DNA from: an uncultured bacterium
GTDB taxonomy: Bacteria; T1Sed10-126
NCBI GenBank assembly: GCA_964566495.1
Contig: CAZMIT010000029.1
Location: 1 to 17,335, forward strand
DNA length: 17,335 nt
Reading direction: 5' to 3'
In this document: one piece after another, positions 15,168 through 17,335 of the stretch
Position numbering within the stretch: position 1 is the first letter of the stretch
Layout: each line of letters opens with the position of its first letter
Notes under the pieces: model-generated
The model's input: the letters and a program-made list of their open reading frames with translations, nothing else
What the model was told of the DNA's origin: nothing
Database searches by the model: none
Made by a program: the position numbers and the translations under genes

Positions 15168-16898
15168 TTAACCGGAGTTAACCCTCTCAGCCAGCTTTTT
15201 GTCAGCAGTAAATATCCACAACAGATGCTTGGCACGCGAGGCGGCGGTATACCACTGCAGAGCGTGTTCCTCTTCCCACCTGGGTATAACCAGCAAAACT
15301 ATGTCGGACTCCAGGCCCTTGTAACTGCGTATCGTCGACCACAAGATCTGTCCCCGCCCGCCGGAATCGCTTTTCACAAGCCGGCAGTTTCCAAGCTTAC
15401 TAACATCCTCGAGCGGTGAGTTCTTTTTTGTGTGTCGGGTTAAAACCACTATATCATCCGGATTTACGTCATCCTCATGAGTCAACTGGTGAACAGCTTT
15501 CCGGAGTTCGTCGACAAGCTTCTTCTCATCGGCTTCCAGGCTAACTTTTACCGGACGCCCTTCCGGTCCCAGCTCTATATCGTCTTCAATGTCTCCCAGT
15601 TCCAGGGAAACACGACCAATATCTCGGGTGTTGCGGACATTCTCCACCAGGTTAAAAGAGTTACGCTCGTGCTCTCGCAGCCAATCGGGAAGTTCATTGA
15701 AAATCGACTGGTAAGGATCATAGAAGGCATACAGCCAGCGCTCCTCCTTGTCCTTGAAAAAATCCAACAAGGACAGGAACCAGGCGTCTTGAAAGTCCTG
15801 GGCCTCGTCGATAATTATTGCGTCGTAGCTGTATTTATCCCAACCACTCACACTCCCCAGCAGTTCCGGAACATCTTCATCAAAAAATTTCTGCCAGTGT
15901 TCACTCGTATCCTCTTCGTATTTCTGGTTAGGAAATTCAAACTCAAGACTGGCTTCCCTTAAGAGCTGAATAGCGAAGGAGTGAAAGTGAAACACGTCAA
16001 ACTCTCCGGCCGCTTCGCTTGCTTCAACATGTTCTCGTAATTTTTTGTTGTAACAGAGCCAGAGGACATCCTTGCCCGCCTCGGCCAGCCGCCGCGCCTT
16101 CTCCAGCGCCAGCAGCGTTTTACCTGAGCCGGCCGGACCACTTATAAAAACGTCGCGCTGCTTTTCAAGATAACGCAGCAGCTTTTTCTGTCTTTCTGTT
16201 GCCCGCAACAGCTTGCGTTCACTTTGCTTTATATAATGACCGAGACTCTCCAGGATCTCGAGCTCCCGCCGGAAAAACTGTTTCGTCAGCGCCTCCCAGG
16301 TCCCTTCTTTTAGCGGCCCGGTAAAATGACACTGCTCATCCCAGTAATCATACAGGCGCTCAATTTCTTCCTGAATATTTTCCTTGTCATCGTCAAAAAG
16401 CAGGCGCTCAAACGGTATTTTTAAATCAGGCAGCTCCCGGCCGCGGCTTGAATCCATATCGGCAAAAAACAACCCCCAGCCAATGACGCCGGAGAAACTG
16501 CCTTTTTCCTCAATACCCGGGTGTTCTTTCAGTCGCTCTAACATACAATACATAGCAGCTTCAGCCTGGACGGCAGGATTCTTATCCAGGTCATCGCGAC
16601 CCTCGTTATTCACCGTATACCAGGTGTCGGTTCGCGGCTCATAACCTATCCCCCCGCCTTTTACCTCCAGGATTAATAACCCACGGCTCGGGTGGCAGAC
16701 CAAGAAATCTATCTCCCCCCGGGCCTGGTCGGTTTTAGATTGCTCGGGCGCCCGGAACCAGTCCTCGGAGTGAAAGACAAGGTAGTCGTCGGGTAGCTCC
16801 CGCTGCAGAAGATCGTAGACTACCCGCTCGGCCGAACTCCCGTGAAAATCAGTATATTCCTTATCCGGCACCATTTTCGCCATCACTGACTCAACCAC
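15168..16898 (-). CDS. NERD nuclease fused to SF1 (UvrD-like) helicase; start possibly 16883 (MAKMVP)
   Basis: NERD motifs AE..VY, GEIDFLV, LILEVKGG, NP..QA; helicase motifs GPAGSGKT, LCYN, IIDEAQDF, YDPYQSIF, RN, VLTR, TIRSYKGLE, YTAASRA. Confidence 0.92.
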   Translation of the reverse strand: MVESVMAKMVPDKEYTDFHGSSAERVVYDLLQRELPDDYLVFHSEDWFRAPEQSKTDQARGEIDFLVCHPSRGLLILEVKGGGIGYEPRTDTWYTVNNEGRDDLDKNPAVQAEAAMYCMLERLKEHPGIEEKGSFSGVIGWGLFFADMDSSRGRELPDLKIPFERLLFDDDKENIQEEIERLYDYWDEQCHFTGPLKEGTWEALTKQFFRRELEILESLGHYIKQSERKLLRATERQKKLLRYLEKQRDVFISGPAGSGKTLLALEKARRLAEAGKDVLWLCYNKKLREHVEASEAAGEFDVFHFHSFAIQLLREASLEFEFPNQKYEEDTSEHWQKFFDEDVPELLGSVSGWDKYSYDAIIIDEAQDFQDAWFLSLLDFFKDKEERWLYAFYDPYQSIFNELPDWLREHERNSFNLVENVRNTRDIGRVSLELGDIEDDIELGPEGRPVKVSLEADEKKLVDELRKAVHQLTHEDDVNPDDIVVLTRHTKKNSPLEDVSKLGNCRLVKSDSGGRGQILWSTIRSYKGLESDIVLLVIPRWEEEHALQWYTAASRAKHLLWIFTADKKLAERVNSG

Positions 16899-17101
16899 CT
16901 ATACAGTTTTTCGTTTTTATTCGCTATCTATTCTATTGAACAAAAAAACTTACAGCTTTAGTTTATCACATCATTCTCAAAAAAAACAAATTTGCTGGCT
17001 CGATCAAATTACCTCTGGCTTTTTGGCAGCCAACTTCTCTGCTTATGTTAACTATCCATATTTTTCTATGGAAAATAGGCATGAACTCGTAGAAAAATAA
17101 T

Positions 17102-17152
17102 TTGCGCGCTCAAATTAATTTTCTATACTTACTTCAAAACTACATGTAGTTT
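17102..17152 (+). promoter_or_regulatory. Divergent (+) promoter TTGCGC-16-TATACT followed by palindrome AAACTACATGTAGTTT near the predicted +1
   Basis: -35 at 17102-17107, -10 at 17124-17129, perfect 16-bp palindrome at 17137-17152. Confidence 0.5.
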
Positions 17153-17210
17153 CTTTAACGAAGGTTCATACCTCATAAAGGGAGTAGTAAAATTACAGGC
17201 GATCGAAAAA

Positions 17211-17320
17211 CTTGATCTTGCTTTTGCTCTTGACCTTGATCTACCGAACGTCATTCCGGCCCCCGAGCCGGAATCCATCTGAAGTTCAGTATTCTGTGAT
17301 CGGTGTTCGGTAATCGGTGA
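17211..17320. repeat. Single arm of the RPE-like element flanked by hexamer and heptamer tandem repeats
   Basis: ACGTCATTCCGGCCCCCGAGCCGGAATCCATCT (17248-17280) is a near-exact reverse complement of the 14176-14207 arm. It is preceded by five YTTGMY hexamers (17211-17240) and followed by GTGATCG/GTGTTCG/GTAATCG (17296-17316). Confidence 0.75.
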
Positions 17321-17335
17321 AGAGCGTGAAAACCA

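Noticed and set aside
10096..16644. Short overlapping ORFs within the vWA, orphan, MoxR, XRE and NERD genes (e.g. 10320-10598, 12695-12943, 15477-15962, 15959-16141)
   Set aside because: They overlap motif-supported or operon-coupled minus-strand CDSs, antisense or out of frame, and have no recognisable motifs.

Overview
This window appears to be the terminal 17 kb of a genomic island inserted in a tRNA-Glu(TTC) gene. A 3'-half tRNA copy (att site) sits at the left edge, with short tandem repeats beside it; no integrase lies inside the window. The cargo is a series of defence-, conflict- and stress-type modules: (1) a stand-alone LexA DNA-binding-domain protein coupled to a beta-class N4/N6 methyltransferase, converging on an MjaI-family restriction endonuclease; (2) a GTPase-DUF697 / Zn-ribbon-TerB-like / YkvA(DUF1232) trio; (3) an XRE-HTH protein; (4) a GHKL ATPase/kinase plus DUF4325 STAS pair; (5) a DUF5678-like small protein with a probable decayed partner; (6) a translationally coupled MoxR AAA+ / 441-aa orphan / HExxH-peptidase-vWA operon; (7) an XRE regulator and a NERD nuclease-SF1 helicase. 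Non-coding structure is rich: two same-orientation IS21-like ends, RPE/REP-like palindromic elements (one inserted in-frame inside the vWA gene) and several operator-like palindromes. All family assignments come from motif recognition by eye, not from database searches.
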